Of a DNA stretch of 64,000 nt, positions 1 through 9,799 are shown piece after piece. Numbering within the stretch: the first letter of the stretch is position 1; each line of letters starts with the position of its first letter. Made by a program: the position numbers and the translations under genes. The notes under the pieces were generated by a model. That model did no database searches. It was not told the DNA's origin and saw only the letters and a list, made by a program, of their open reading frames with translations. This DNA is from a virus (taxonomy: Duplodnaviria > Caudoviricetes), in the IMG/VR virus record IMGVR_UViG_3300046318_000318. The stretch is one strand, 5' to 3'.

Positions 1-8
1 TTAAAACA

Positions 9-1448
9 GTGTCGGCTATGCCTAACAAGATGATGGTGGCTGAGAAAGCTTATCCATATTACATCTCTGTGGTTGAGCGTGCTGATGCACAATCTTCTGC
101 TGCTGTGGTGCCTACGTTGTTTGGTGAGCAGCGTTTGATGGTTACTCTTAAAGAGAACGTTATCGATCCACTGACCGATCGGTCTATGAATCTGAACGAA
201 GTCTTCCTGAATAGCTATCAGAATCTGACTGACGCACGTTACCCTAAGCTGTTTGGTAACTTTGGTAAGCTTCATATTTACCAAGCCAACTTAGAGTTAC
301 TGTTGGGTCAATTCCACGCTGCTGAAGTAGCCCACATTGATGGTTTCAGTGATTTTACAGCAAATACTGCAGACAAACATCTGTTCAACATTGTGTCTGG
401 TGTTTCTAGCCAGAACGTGAAATACCACAGCTTCACTTTCATCGACGACACTTCTTCGACTCGTTTGTCTGAAGTGACCAACGTCTATGCCAAAGGTGGT
501 TCTGACGGCACAATGAACAACACAGTACACGCAGCTCTGACTTCTGCTGAAGCTCTTCGGTATCTGAATCCCAACGATGAGTTGATGGATCTGGCTTACC
601 ATGTTGAATCTATTGTCTATGACTCTGGATTCCCACTTCAGACTAAGAAAGATCTTTGCTCTATCATGGCTGTCCGTAAGGATACGTTTGTTGCTGTTGG
701 TACACATACCGCTGGTGAACGTGCTCTGACTCAGTCTGAAGAACAATCTGTGGCTATTGCTTTGCGCACTCACATGCAGATGTATCCTGAATCTGATTAC
801 TTCGGCACTCCTGTGTCCCGTGGTATGATCATGGGTTGTTCTGGTGTTCTGCGTAACAGTCAGTACACCGATCGCTTGCCTATGACTGGTGAGATATTGA
901 TCAAGTCTGCTAAGTACATGGGTGCTGCCGACGGTCGTTGGAAGAACGGCTTCCATTTCGATGGAGCGCCTGGTTCTGTTATTGATAACTTCACCGATAT
1001 CAACATCACCTGGGTATCTGCTTCTGTTCGGAATCGTTTCTGGGATGTGGGTCTGAACTGGGTTCTGACTTATGATCGTAGCTCGTACTTCTTCCCTGCG
1101 CTGAAGACCGTTTACGATAACGATACTTCTGTGCTGAACAGCTACTTCACGGCTATGGCCTGCGCCCAGCTGAATAAAGTCGCTAACAGCGTGTGGCGTC
1201 AGTTCAGTGGTGTGAGTCACTTGACCAACACACAGTTGGCTTCTCGTGTTAACGACGCTGTGACTGCACGGGTGCAAGGTAAGTTTGACGGACGGTTTGT
1301 GATTCAACCCGATGCGTTGTTCACCGACATGGATGAGGTTCGCGGGTTCTCTTGGACTCTGCCTATCAAGCTGTACGCTCCATCCATGAAGACTGTCATG
1401 ACTACCTATGTCCAAGCTTATCGCATCAGCGATTTGCCTGCGGCCTGA
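9..1448 (+). CDS. Tail sheath protein, C-terminal part (phiKZ gp29-like); the frame is open to the window edge, so the true start lies upstream
   Basis: 479-aa ORF with open codons (aaa aca) before the GTG. The C-terminal sheath-like region (NWVLTYDRSSYFFPALKTVYDNDTSVL...RVQGKFDGRF...FSWTLPIKLY) lies directly upstream of a tube-like gene. Family assignment is from recall. Confidence 0.8.
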   Translation: MSAMPNKMMVAEKAYPYYISVVERADAQSSAAVVPTLFGEQRLMVTLKENVIDPLTDRSMNLNEVFLNSYQNLTDARYPKLFGNFGKLHIYQANLELLLGQFHAAEVAHIDGFSDFTANTADKHLFNIVSGVSSQNVKYHSFTFIDDTSSTRLSEVTNVYAKGGSDGTMNNTVHAALTSAEALRYLNPNDELMDLAYHVESIVYDSGFPLQTKKDLCSIMAVRKDTFVAVGTHTAGERALTQSEEQSVAIALRTHMQMYPESDYFGTPVSRGMIMGCSGVLRNSQYTDRLPMTGEILIKSAKYMGAADGRWKNGFHFDGAPGSVIDNFTDINITWVSASVRNRFWDVGLNWVLTYDRSSYFFPALKTVYDNDTSVLNSYFTAMACAQLNKVANSVWRQFSGVSHLTNTQLASRVNDAVTARVQGKFDGRFVIQPDALFTDMDEVRGFSWTLPIKLYAPSMKTVMTTYVQAYRISDLPAA

Positions 1449-1511
1449 TCCATGACCATGAGGGAGAGCTTGAACACTCTCCCTCTCTGAACAAAAAACA
1501 GGAGTTAAAAT

Positions 1512-2375
1512 ATGTCTCGTATTACAGAAGCTTTGCTTGATCAAAAAGCCTTCGGTAAGAATGCCAATCAGTACATGCTGGATCCGGTCCACGGTGGTCA
1601 GTTTGGCTGGGCGCCTAACTTAACCGAGTGGGTCAGTAACCAAGCTTACGTTCGTCGTAATCTGGTTTGTATTCTACTGGAATCGCCACGGTTCTTCCAA
1701 CTGATGCCTGAACCACAGAAATGGGTAGACACCCTGAAGTCTTTGTTTGAACTGCACGCGCGTTCTATTGAAGGTTTCAACGGTGCTCTTACTGTTGAAA
1801 CGGATGCGCATCCTGTGGGTGGTGCTGGTGAGATGCAAGACGAAGTGACTAACGTCACTCGTGCTCGTACCGAACCTTCATTCACGTTTATGGAAAAAGC
1901 TGGTATGCCTATCCAGACTTTCCTGTATAACTGGATCACCTACGGTTTGATGGATCCTGATACCAAGTACGCCATGGTGGGTACTTTGGGTGGTGAACGT
2001 CCTACCGACATGCTGCCTGACTGGTATTCCGCAAGCTGCTTGTTCTTTGAACCAGATCCTACGCATCGTCGCGTGGTCAAGTCGTGGGTCACCACGAACA
2101 TGTTCCCTAAAGAAACAGGCGCTATCGAAGGCAAACGCGATCTGACCGCTGCAAGTGAAACATTGACTTTGACAATCCCTTTCACCGGTATCTCTCAGTT
2201 CAACTTGGGTACCAACAAGTTTGCTCAGTCGATCCTTGATAAGATCAACCTGACTAACGCTAACCCATATCTGCGCCCTTCCTTCATTCAGAAGATGGAT
2301 TCTAACATCAGCGAAACTTCTGAAGGTTACTTCAAGGGTACTGATGATCTGAGCAAGTCTGCTATCATTTCCTAA
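1512..2375 (+). CDS. Tail tube protein (phiKZ gp30-like)
   Basis: 287 aa, AGGAG RBS at about 1500, directly after the sheath gene. The GGQFGWAP...WVSNQAYVRRN N-terminus resembles phiKZ-like tube proteins as recalled. Confidence 0.75.
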   Translation: MSRITEALLDQKAFGKNANQYMLDPVHGGQFGWAPNLTEWVSNQAYVRRNLVCILLESPRFFQLMPEPQKWVDTLKSLFELHARSIEGFNGALTVETDAHPVGGAGEMQDEVTNVTRARTEPSFTFMEKAGMPIQTFLYNWITYGLMDPDTKYAMVGTLGGERPTDMLPDWYSASCLFFEPDPTHRRVVKSWVTTNMFPKETGAIEGKRDLTAASETLTLTIPFTGISQFNLGTNKFAQSILDKINLTNANPYLRPSFIQKMDSNISETSEGYFKGTDDLSKSAIIS

Positions 2376-2388
2376 TCCTCAGCTAGGA

Positions 2389-2433
2389 CCACTCTCCTCT
2401 AGACCTTCGGGTCTAGAGGGGTAGTGGATTTTT
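2389..2433 (+). terminator. Intrinsic terminator after the sheath/tube operon
   Basis: ccactctcctctagacc-ttcg-ggtctagaggggtagtgg followed by attttt; cUUCGg tetraloop. Confidence 0.75.
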
Positions 2434-2437
2434 CCTG

Positions 2438-2466
2438 AAAAAAAATACCAGACCGAAGTCTGGTAT
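2438..2466 (-). terminator. Intrinsic terminator for 2484..2957
   Basis: Minus strand reads taccagac-ttcg-gtctggta then T8. Confidence 0.75.
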
Positions 2467-2483
2467 CTTGTTTACTTGCTTAC

Positions 2484-2957
2484 TTACTTACCGAAGGCTT
2501 CTTGGGCAAGAGAATTCAACTCTTGACGAGCTTTCTTCAACTCGCCGGAGTTCTTACCACCACGCACTTCGAAGGTGGTTGTGGCAACGCCGAACTTGGT
2601 GATCTTGTTAGACTCACCTTCCTTAGCCAGAGAGTTGGTATACTCCTTGGTGCGATCAAAGGCGACGGTCATTTTATTTGGACCCATGTCAAGCTCGACA
2701 GAAGTCTTCTCCAGACCTTTGTTTTTCTTCATAGCCTCGACAGAGAGTTTGCCGAAGGCGTATGTACCTGCTGCGACGTAATCAGCATCGTAGCCGTTGA
2801 CCGTCTTCACGGTCTCCATGGTGATGCCTTCGGGCAAGTTACCACCATACACGTCACCTTCACTGGTGCCGATGCCAGTGGCTTTATCCAGCTTAATGCT
2901 GGCTTCAATCTGGCTGGCCAGAGACAGAACGCGTTCTTTGAGTTTGGATTCAGACAT
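2484..2957 (-). CDS. Hypothetical protein (157 aa)
   Basis: AAGGAAG RBS, strongly biased codons, own terminator. Confidence 0.8.
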   Translation of the reverse strand: MSESKLKERVLSLASQIEASIKLDKATGIGTSEGDVYGGNLPEGITMETVKTVNGYDADYVAAGTYAFGKLSVEAMKKNKGLEKTSVELDMGPNKMTVAFDRTKEYTNSLAKEGESNKITKFGVATTTFEVRGGKNSGELKKARQELNSLAQEAFGK

Positions 2958-3087
2958 GATTCTTCCTTAAATAAATGGTTGGGAAATTACTTTTGCAAAA
3001 GTGACTGATATAGTCAAGTAAAGTTTAAGTAGCTGACTTACTCTACAAAGGCCATTTAAAACCAGTCATAAAGAATAGGGTTCGGAA

Positions 3088-3126
3088 TAAAAAAATAAAC
3101 CCCAGCCGAAGCCAGGGTTTATTTTA
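3088..3126 (-). terminator. Intrinsic terminator of accessory gene 3124..3612
   Basis: Minus strand reads aaataaaccctggc-ttcg-gctggggtttattttttt. Confidence 0.7.
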
Positions 3127-3612
3127 CCTGTCAAGTACCGCGTTTCGGTACTCGCTATACTTCCACTCACCCACGGAAGCTTTCACCTTTTTATGTCTGG
3201 CTTCAGCATTCCGCCAGACCGCACCATCGTCAGTGTAGTCATGATACCAATCTACCGTTTTCAGCTGCTGTAGCTCTTCAGCTGATAAACCGATCAAAGC
3301 GACTCTTTCGCCAAAACGCTTTTTCGCTTCTTCTTGCTTGATCTTATCGATCAGATTTTTTCGAAGTTCTGGTATAGCATCATACCCTTTGAATGTCCTC
3401 AAAGGTTTGAAATCAAACTTGCCGCTGTCAATAGCGGCTATGATTTCACCGGGTGTGTCATCACAAATAAAGTCTGTGATGACGACAAATATGGGTAAGT
3501 ATTTGTCGCGTATTAATTTGTATCGACAAATAGTATTAACCCCCATGATACCTTCGACATCAATCATATTGACACCGTTAGACACTGCCAAAATTCCATT
3601 TAATTTGATCAT
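3124..3612 (-). CDS. Accessory hypothetical protein (162 aa) in a promoter-leader cassette
   Basis: AAGGAG RBS, repeated leader upstream and terminator downstream; C-terminal DWYHDYTDDGAVWR motif. Confidence 0.75.
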   Translation of the reverse strand: MIKLNGILAVSNGVNMIDVEGIMGVNTICRYKLIRDKYLPIFVVITDFICDDTPGEIIAAIDSGKFDFKPLRTFKGYDAIPELRKNLIDKIKQEEAKKRFGERVALIGLSAEELQQLKTVDWYHDYTDDGAVWRNAEARHKKVKASVGEWKYSEYRNAVLDR

Positions 3613-3693
3613 GAGTATCTCCTTAACCAGCAGCGTTACAGATGTGTAACTTAAACCACCAGCGATATCTCAGGTTAAGTATATATGACTGAA
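3613..3693 (-). promoter_or_regulatory. Repeated promoter-like motif plus structured leader, copy A
   Basis: TTCAGTCATATATACTTAACC...GGTTTAA-GTTACA(CATC)TGTAAC...GGTTAAGGAGATACTCATG; matches copies at 26570, 39984, 43971 and 61853. Confidence 0.7.
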
Positions 3694-3759
3694 TTTATTT
3701 ATACGCAGAAATATCTATACACCCGGCCTTTATGGCTCGGGTGTATAGATAGATGTTTA

Positions 3760-4533
3760 TCACCAACGAGAAAACGTTGGAAGGGTAACTACTTTAAGGC
3801 CAGAAGGGTTTGTGTTCTTAACAGCCCCATAAGCCTCTTTAGCCAAAGCCAAAGAAGATTCAGTAGCTACTAAAGAACCCATGCTTGTAGCTAATTTCTC
3901 AAGCTGGCTTACTTTAACTTCCTGTTCAGCCATGCACTCTAATACAGGACTGTATGTTTTCTTAGCTAAAGATAAGCCTGGTTCCACCACGTTATCCCAA
4001 GTGACGATTTGCTCAAGCACGCGATGAGTCGTACCTTTAAACATAAAGTCTCTTGTTAAAGCTCTGATAGAAAAGCAAACTTCTTCCTCAGGATTATTTA
4101 AAGAAGCTTCCAAAGATGTAGCATGAGGACCAGCTGGTTTCACTCTAGCCATGATAGCTATCAGATCTTTGTTGCTAAACTTAGGATTTCTTCTTCCGAA
4201 ATCTTCATCTAACCAAATCTCAGAAAAGTGACAAACCACATTGGTCTCTTCTATAGTCAGTATCCTGTTCAGGTAGTCATCCATAGACATACCAGGTGAT
4301 CTCTTAGGATGACCTGATTCACCTTTAAGACATCCTGATTTAACTCTACGCATAAAGATGCTGCTAGTCTCAAATAGCTTCTTAGCACCATCTGCTGTAT
4401 AGAACTGACCTACGCTGTTAAACACGTTAAGACCACCTACAGGCAGTGTATAGTATCCTGCACTGTCAGGTTTCAATAACCCTTTTTTACCAGTGCCCTC
4501 AAGCCTGGTAGATGTAAATTTGATTTGTCCCAT
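3760..4533 (-). CDS. Prohead (head maturation) serine protease, phiKZ gp175-like; start corrected to ATG 4533 (MGQIKF)
   Basis: GYYTLPVGGLNVFNS, LKGESGHP (catalytic His), CFSIR (catalytic Ser) and VTWDNVVEPG (Asp) motifs; position in the protease-vRNAP-tail muramidase cluster. Confidence 0.8.
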   Translation of the reverse strand: MGQIKFTSTRLEGTGKKGLLKPDSAGYYTLPVGGLNVFNSVGQFYTADGAKKLFETSSIFMRRVKSGCLKGESGHPKRSPGMSMDDYLNRILTIEETNVVCHFSEIWLDEDFGRRNPKFSNKDLIAIMARVKPAGPHATSLEASLNNPEEEVCFSIRALTRDFMFKGTTHRVLEQIVTWDNVVEPGLSLAKKTYSPVLECMAEQEVKVSQLEKLATSMGSLVATESSLALAKEAYGAVKNTNPSGLKVVTLPTFSRW

Positions 4534-4626
4534 GCCTGCCTCAATATAGAGTAAAAGTAACTGCAACCACTGTATTTAATTAAAAGAACATAAGAACTAT
4601 CTGGAACCTTGCGGCTCCAGATAGAC

Positions 4627-5340
4627 TTAAGCTCGAAGTATGCTTTCGATTTTATCCACTTTGGTGGTGGGGGTAACTAAAGCACTCACAACACCATCAG
4701 AGAAATAACTACCAGCTATCTTGTTAACTGTGCTGTTAACAGAATAGAAGATGCTGCTTAAAGGAACAAAGTCTATCTTGCTGTTGACTATGTCAGCATA
4801 GCTTTTAGCCACAGACCGTATGTACTTAGATCTATCATCTTTACTTCTGGTGACCATAGAAGCTATTAATTCAATAACTTCATAGTTACCAGCCACATCA
4901 CTACCAGCATGTGACTTTGCAGTATCGAATAACTTACCTACATCTTCATAACCCATATACCAAGGTATCTTACCTTTGAATATGAACTCATCGAAAATGT
5001 TGTACATCAACAGATCGTCTCTTACCACTTCGGTGTTCTTAATAACCACATCACCAGCTCTGAATTCAAATTGATGATATTCAACCTCATCAATCTCAAC
5101 CACAGAAGTCTTAAATGGATTAATAGACATAACCGCAGTTACGTTGCATAACGTGTATTCACCATTCTCAAAGATCACAGGAAAGCAACCGTAGATTCTG
5201 GTTTCCACGCCTACTTCACCCAGACCTCTTTCAGAGTAACGATAAGGAACTTGTATCTTACAGTTTTCTTTTGTAAGTATCTGTCCCTTACCATTATCTA
5301 CCAGTTTGGCTTTACACGCTGGTGAGCGTGTGTACTTCAT
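4627..5340 (-). CDS. Conserved phiKZ-like protein (gp176 position), probably virion-associated
   Basis: 237-aa ORF, translationally coupled to 5337..6797. Assignment rests on synteny and recall. Confidence 0.6.
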   Translation of the reverse strand: MKYTRSPACKAKLVDNGKGQILTKENCKIQVPYRYSERGLGEVGVETRIYGCFPVIFENGEYTLCNVTAVMSINPFKTSVVEIDEVEYHQFEFRAGDVVIKNTEVVRDDLLMYNIFDEFIFKGKIPWYMGYEDVGKLFDTAKSHAGSDVAGNYEVIELIASMVTRSKDDRSKYIRSVAKSYADIVNSKIDFVPLSSIFYSVNSTVNKIAGSYFSDGVVSALVTPTTKVDKIESILRA

Positions 5341-6797
5341 GATTGAACAGGTGTGATCTGGTCAGCCAGATAGTCAGTGACATAGTTTACAGCAGAAACC
5401 AAAGCTGCTTCTCTTGGATCCAGATTAGGATTCAGTTTAGTAGCTTGTTCAATACCAGACAGAATCTGATAACCTGCTGTAAAATAGAAACGTGCACGAG
5501 CCATCAAATTCAAAGCCAGTTCAGCAACCAGATCCAAATCATGCAGCTTGAGACAGCCGATATATTCAGACGCTACTTTCATAACTGTGTTTGCGTACTG
5601 AGGATCTTTATTGACGTATTCTTTTTCTACATCAGACAAATTACACATATGTGTATTCATCACAGTCAGTAAGAACAATTTGGTGTTATCCAAACGAGCG
5701 TTCTCAGCAGACACAGATGCAAATGAACAATAAGAGTTCCAGCCACGGGTCAGAGCGTCTCGTGAATCCAAAACTGTAGACAAAGATGTAGCTCCGCTGT
5801 TGGTAGCACAAACACCCAACACCATCTCTACAGTACCGCCTTGTTCAAGATAAGCTCTGTAAACAGAACCTTGAACATAGATAGACTTAGTCTTGCTATC
5901 AGACTTCAGAATCAGAGTGTTGTTCTTGATCATGAAGTAAGCGCGTTTGATAAGGCTGTTCAACATAGAACCAGCAAAATCACGCACTTCCAACATGTAA
6001 GACTGATACTCGTTCAAGCTGGTGTTCAAACCTTCAGGTACGTTGCTATGTAGTTTCTGAGCCATAGTGTACAGCACCAGACACATATACAAAGCATCAT
6101 ACAGATTCTGCTGACCCAGAGTAGAGTAACTTACATCTAATCCGCTATTTGGATTCTGTCTGAAGAAAGCATCAAAGACTCTTTTAGCAAAATCATCACC
6201 TATTTCTACAACAGCTTCATTAAGCAGCTTATCGATACGAGCAGAACCCAAAGACAACAAAGAGTTGTGATCAACAACCACATCATCAAAGCTAACATAG
6301 CCCTTAGGGATAATAGAAGCTTTACCTTCGTAGTACTTAAACTGCTCAATGAAACTCTGGTCTTCAAACAAAGCAGGAAGTTCTTTCTGAACGATGTTGA
6401 AAGAACTGGCAGGATCCACTACTTTGTTACGCTGACAATACTCAGCATACTCAGTCATAAATTCCAGAACATGAGGCTTAACCACATTACGAGCTATCGC
6501 TATGTGAGAAGTTACCACACCACTAAGAGTGTCGATGACTTGGCCAATAGCGTTGTCGTGTAAAGATGGGCTCTCAAGAGTTCCTGTTGAAACAGATGCA
6601 AGATCGTCTGCTGTAGTATTGATATACTCAGCAGACATCAAAGTCTCAGGAGATACCAATGCATTCTCTGCATTACAGGAAGACAGATTAACCAACTGAC
6701 CGAGAAGAGAATTGCTATTGGCTACCAGAGCCTTTTTCTGACCTGCGTAGTGAGCACCCAGCTCATACGAAGAAGTCAAAATTATTTTATCTAACAT
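5337..6797 (-). CDS. Conserved phiKZ-like protein (gp177 position)
   Basis: 486-aa ORF lying between the vRNAP beta gene and the protease. Confidence 0.6.
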   Translation of the reverse strand: MLDKIILTSSYELGAHYAGQKKALVANSNSLLGQLVNLSSCNAENALVSPETLMSAEYINTTADDLASVSTGTLESPSLHDNAIGQVIDTLSGVVTSHIAIARNVVKPHVLEFMTEYAEYCQRNKVVDPASSFNIVQKELPALFEDQSFIEQFKYYEGKASIIPKGYVSFDDVVVDHNSLLSLGSARIDKLLNEAVVEIGDDFAKRVFDAFFRQNPNSGLDVSYSTLGQQNLYDALYMCLVLYTMAQKLHSNVPEGLNTSLNEYQSYMLEVRDFAGSMLNSLIKRAYFMIKNNTLILKSDSKTKSIYVQGSVYRAYLEQGGTVEMVLGVCATNSGATSLSTVLDSRDALTRGWNSYCSFASVSAENARLDNTKLFLLTVMNTHMCNLSDVEKEYVNKDPQYANTVMKVASEYIGCLKLHDLDLVAELALNLMARARFYFTAGYQILSGIEQATKLNPNLDPREAALVSAVNYVTDYLADQITPVQS

Positions 6798-6871
6798 GTT
6801 AGCGTCCTAAAAAAGAATGGGAATACGGAACATCCAGCTAGACGTATCTAGCCGGATGTCATTTATAAGGA

Positions 6872-7063
6872 TTACTTAACCGCAGCTAATTTAGCTTGTA
6901 ATCTTTGCTTCACCAAACTGTGAATCACTTCAGCAGTGGCTTTAGATCCATTAATCGCGTTAGAGATATCGTTACCAGCAATGTTGGCAACCACACTCTT
7001 GACGATCTGACCTACGTTAGCAATAACCACTGTGTTGTGGACGGTGAGATTAGGAATAGCCAT
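6872..7063 (-). CDS. Small hypothetical protein (63 aa)
   Basis: ATG 2 nt after the beta exon-3 stop, with AAGG upstream. Confidence 0.55.
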   Translation of the reverse strand: MAIPNLTVHNTVVIANVGQIVKSVVANIAGNDISNAINGSKATAEVIHSLVKQRLQAKLAAVK

Positions 7064-7065
7064 GT

Positions 7066-7272
7066 TTAACCTTTATAGACTTTAACTGCCTTTTCGGCAA
7101 CTTTCTTTAACAACGTGGTGGTGGTACCTATCAGAAATGGAGAATTAACAACACGAGCCATAATGGATCTAAATCCAAAAATAGCATCGACTCTTTCACC
7201 AGATTCTGTATGGACATCATAGTCCATAATTTCACCTATCACACTCTTCATTTGATTAGCGAACACAATTTT
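7066..7272 (-). CDS. rpoB: vRNAP beta-like subunit (gp178-like), exon 3 (68 aa, KIVFANQMK...)
   Basis: Joins exon 2 (...GVGD) to give GD|KIVFANQMK, equivalent to bacterial GDKMAGRHGNK; preceded by the intron terminal G at 7273. Confidence 0.85.
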   Translation of the reverse strand, partial: KIVFANQMKSVIGEIMDYDVHTESGERVDAIFGFRSIMARVVNSPFLIGTTTTLLKKVAEKAVKVYKG

Positions 7273-8890
7273 CGTTATCTTCAGATAAGGGCGTTAGTCC
7301 TATCTCGCACCATAACGCGCAGCTCTAGCTTTCACTAGATGTCGAGACTATATCTTTACCGTACTTTATAAATACGGTATCTTCCGTTTCGAACTCCACT
7401 CGGAGCCCTACAGGTTGGTAAAACCTTAGTCGTTGGCCACACTCCTATACGGAGCTTCGGTGCTGGGTTGTCCATTGTAATATCTCAACACTTTTTAAAA
7501 CCATGACGCTTACCGTTTCCAGTTTCGCTTTGGTAGCTGAGCTTTAGGAGTTTCCCGCAATTAGGAAGAATTCTACGTCGCTATTACTAGCAACTAGGAC
7601 TATCAGTACTCATTTCCTTAAAAGTGAATTCATCATAAGACTTTCCTGTTTTTAATCTATCTGCTAAAGTTCTTTTATCTAAGCCAATGTCAATTGTCAC
7701 TGATCTCTTACTTTTATATACTTTCACATCGCCAGTAGTCAGATTAGTAACTATTACCATTTTTGGTGGAGTGAATCTAGTTTCTCTGAAATTTTCAGGC
7801 CATTTGTCCTTTGACACTTTTCTGAACAAATAACCGCTATGCGATATCACATCAACTGATCGTAGTGCAGACTCTATGCGGTCCTGACTAACACCAGTCA
7901 ATTCTGACAATTCTTTCACCGACTTAGCTTTAACAACTTTTTTGGAATCTAGTTCCAAAGCCTCTAATAGAACTTTATGATGCTTACGAGCGGTTTGGAT
8001 GACAGCCTGGTTATATTGCCAGGTTCTCTTCCCAACGTCTTTTGTAAACATCAGCTCAAAACGATTCAGGAATAAATTTGCAACGATCTCATTACCATGT
8101 TTTCTATAAATGGGTTTAACTGACCGCATACCCAGATATTTGAAAGCTTTTTTAAGTGAATAATGCTCGCTTACACTGTCGGTTTCCCAGTCTTTTACAA
8201 GCACATTGACACTGTCTGTTTTCAAACCTGTAACCATGGCGTGGGTGTTATTTTCTTTTGATGTCACCCATTCTAAATTTTTTAAATCGTCGTTCTGTTT
8301 GTTTCCGTCGATGTGGTTAACAAAGAATTTATTTGCGGGATCGCTGTTTCTTAAAAAGGCTCGCGCAAGAAGAATGTGGACACACACACCTCTCCATCTA
8401 TTTTTATCAGGATCATATATTGATACTTCAGTATAACCATAAGAACTTCTTCGTCGATTCATTCTCTTGTATTTTAAAAGAGAAATTACATCTCCGGCTC
8501 TATTGATTATAAAACCAGGGAAACCTGGAATCAGTACATATCCATCTTTATAACAAATAGGGGTTCGTATTTCCATCAGCCACTGACATCTTAGTTTAAG
8601 CACTTTTGATTTACATTCAGTAAATGTTATCTTTTCCAATTCAGGTAAAGTCAACATAACCTCATAATGAGCCAAAAGACTTAACCAATGTCTGTGATAG
8701 GTTCTGTATACATCACCTATCAAAACACTAATAACATTCTTCTCAACTTTCACAGACGGGGAATTTTCATTTTCCTTGAACCAACATTCGTGATTCTGAT
8801 TAAAAACATATCTTTTATCCACTAATAAAGGTTTTAGCATATATAGATCCTGAGTTATTATTCTCACTCTATATATGGAATACTGCTTTA
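7273..8890 (-). mobile_element. Group I intron (1618 nt) with HNH homing endonuclease, in vRNAP beta at GD|K
   Basis: Minus-strand core elements: P AAUUGCGGGAA (7552-7562), Q CAACCCAGCAC (7460-7470), R CCAACGACUA (7427-7436), S AAGAUAUAGUCU (7345-7356). The 5' exon ends in U, the intron ends in G, IGS is GUC, and P2 has a GUAA tetraloop. Confidence 0.9.
7587..8840 (-). CDS. Intron-encoded HNH homing endonuclease (NUMOD4-like + HNH + repeated C-terminal DNA-binding modules); likely start ATG 8840 (417 aa)
   Basis: VHILLARAF...VNHIDGNKQNDDLKNLEWVTSKENNTHA HNH motif; AGGA RBS before ATG 8840. Confidence 0.88.
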   Translation of the reverse strand: MLKPLLVDKRYVFNQNHECWFKENENSPSVKVEKNVISVLIGDVYRTYHRHWLSLLAHYEVMLTLPELEKITFTECKSKVLKLRCQWLMEIRTPICYKDGYVLIPGFPGFIINRAGDVISLLKYKRMNRRRSSYGYTEVSIYDPDKNRWRGVCVHILLARAFLRNSDPANKFFVNHIDGNKQNDDLKNLEWVTSKENNTHAMVTGLKTDSVNVLVKDWETDSVSEHYSLKKAFKYLGMRSVKPIYRKHGNEIVANLFLNRFELMFTKDVGKRTWQYNQAVIQTARKHHKVLLEALELDSKKVVKAKSVKELSELTGVSQDRIESALRSVDVISHSGYLFRKVSKDKWPENFRETRFTPPKMVIVTNLTTGDVKVYKSKRSVTIDIGLDKRTLADRLKTGKSYDEFTFKEMSTDSPSC

Positions 8891-9799
8891 ATCACCTACG
8901 CCAGATACGGTGTCTATGGTGATGTAGAGTTTGATCTCTGCTTTGTCTAAAGCCAGTCTTGTGCCACCGACTCTATACTCGTCATTGACCTCGCCCGTCA
9001 TGGACCCATTACCTATAGACCTGGAGTTAGCAGAAAAGTTCTTATCGCTCTTATCAGCTAAAGCTCTTAAAGAAGGAGACATGTCTTCTTTAGATCCATG
9101 GTAGTAAACTTCTATTCTATCTAGCACTCCGTCATATTTAGACTTGATAGCCTGTTTAGACAGATCCGCTAAAACAGATAAAGAAGCTTCATCAAACTGA
9201 CCAGTAGAAGTAATCTCATCCTCAAGAACTAGCAGTATGTCATTAGGTTTAATCTCTTTACCGAATTCCACCACGTTGTGGATATTCTGCTTAAAAGAAA
9301 CCATAACAGACTTCATCTTGGTGGTCTTAGCTGTAGTCATACCAGAAACACGTTTAGAAACAGCAGAGCTGTCTTCATGTGTTTGGTTGGTTTCCATCAA
9401 AGCCACTTTGACAGTCATAGAGTTCTTCATCACGACACGCTTAGGATCAAGCATATCTCTTTCAAAGAACCCTGTGTTGTAAGCTATGTTATCACCCTTA
9501 ATGAATTTATCGCCAGGTTTTAACTCAGTTACAACATCGTGAGGATACACACTACCTTCTGCTTTACCATAGATACGCCCTAGTTGAACACCTTTTCTTT
9601 CACCACTTGCGTATTCGATAATTATACCACGATTGTCCACGCTGATAACTTTACCAGCTTCAGTGGCGTTAAATGCAAACAAACCACTTGTCCTGTTAGC
9701 CACTACGTAATCATAACCTGTTCTTACGATAGGTTGGTGGTAATCTCTACAAGCGATGGTATGTGCCTGCTGTATTTGGACAAAGTTGACCCGTTTTCC
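8891..9799 (-). CDS. rpoB: vRNAP beta-like subunit, exon 2 (303 aa, GKRVNF...GVGD)
   Basis: Beta-like motifs PIVRTG, GDNIAYNTGFF and ETNQTHEDSSAVS. The spliced junction SQDD|GKRVNFVQIQQAH corresponds to bacterial HDDANRALMGANMQRQ. Confidence 0.88.

Noticed and set aside
297-1592. 431-aa antisense ORF over the sheath gene, and other shadow ORFs (for example 2502..3008, 18162..18638, 19623..20153, 62239..62766, 63136..63657)
   Set aside because: They are antisense or alternate-frame shadows of strongly codon-biased real genes, with no RBS or recognisable motifs.
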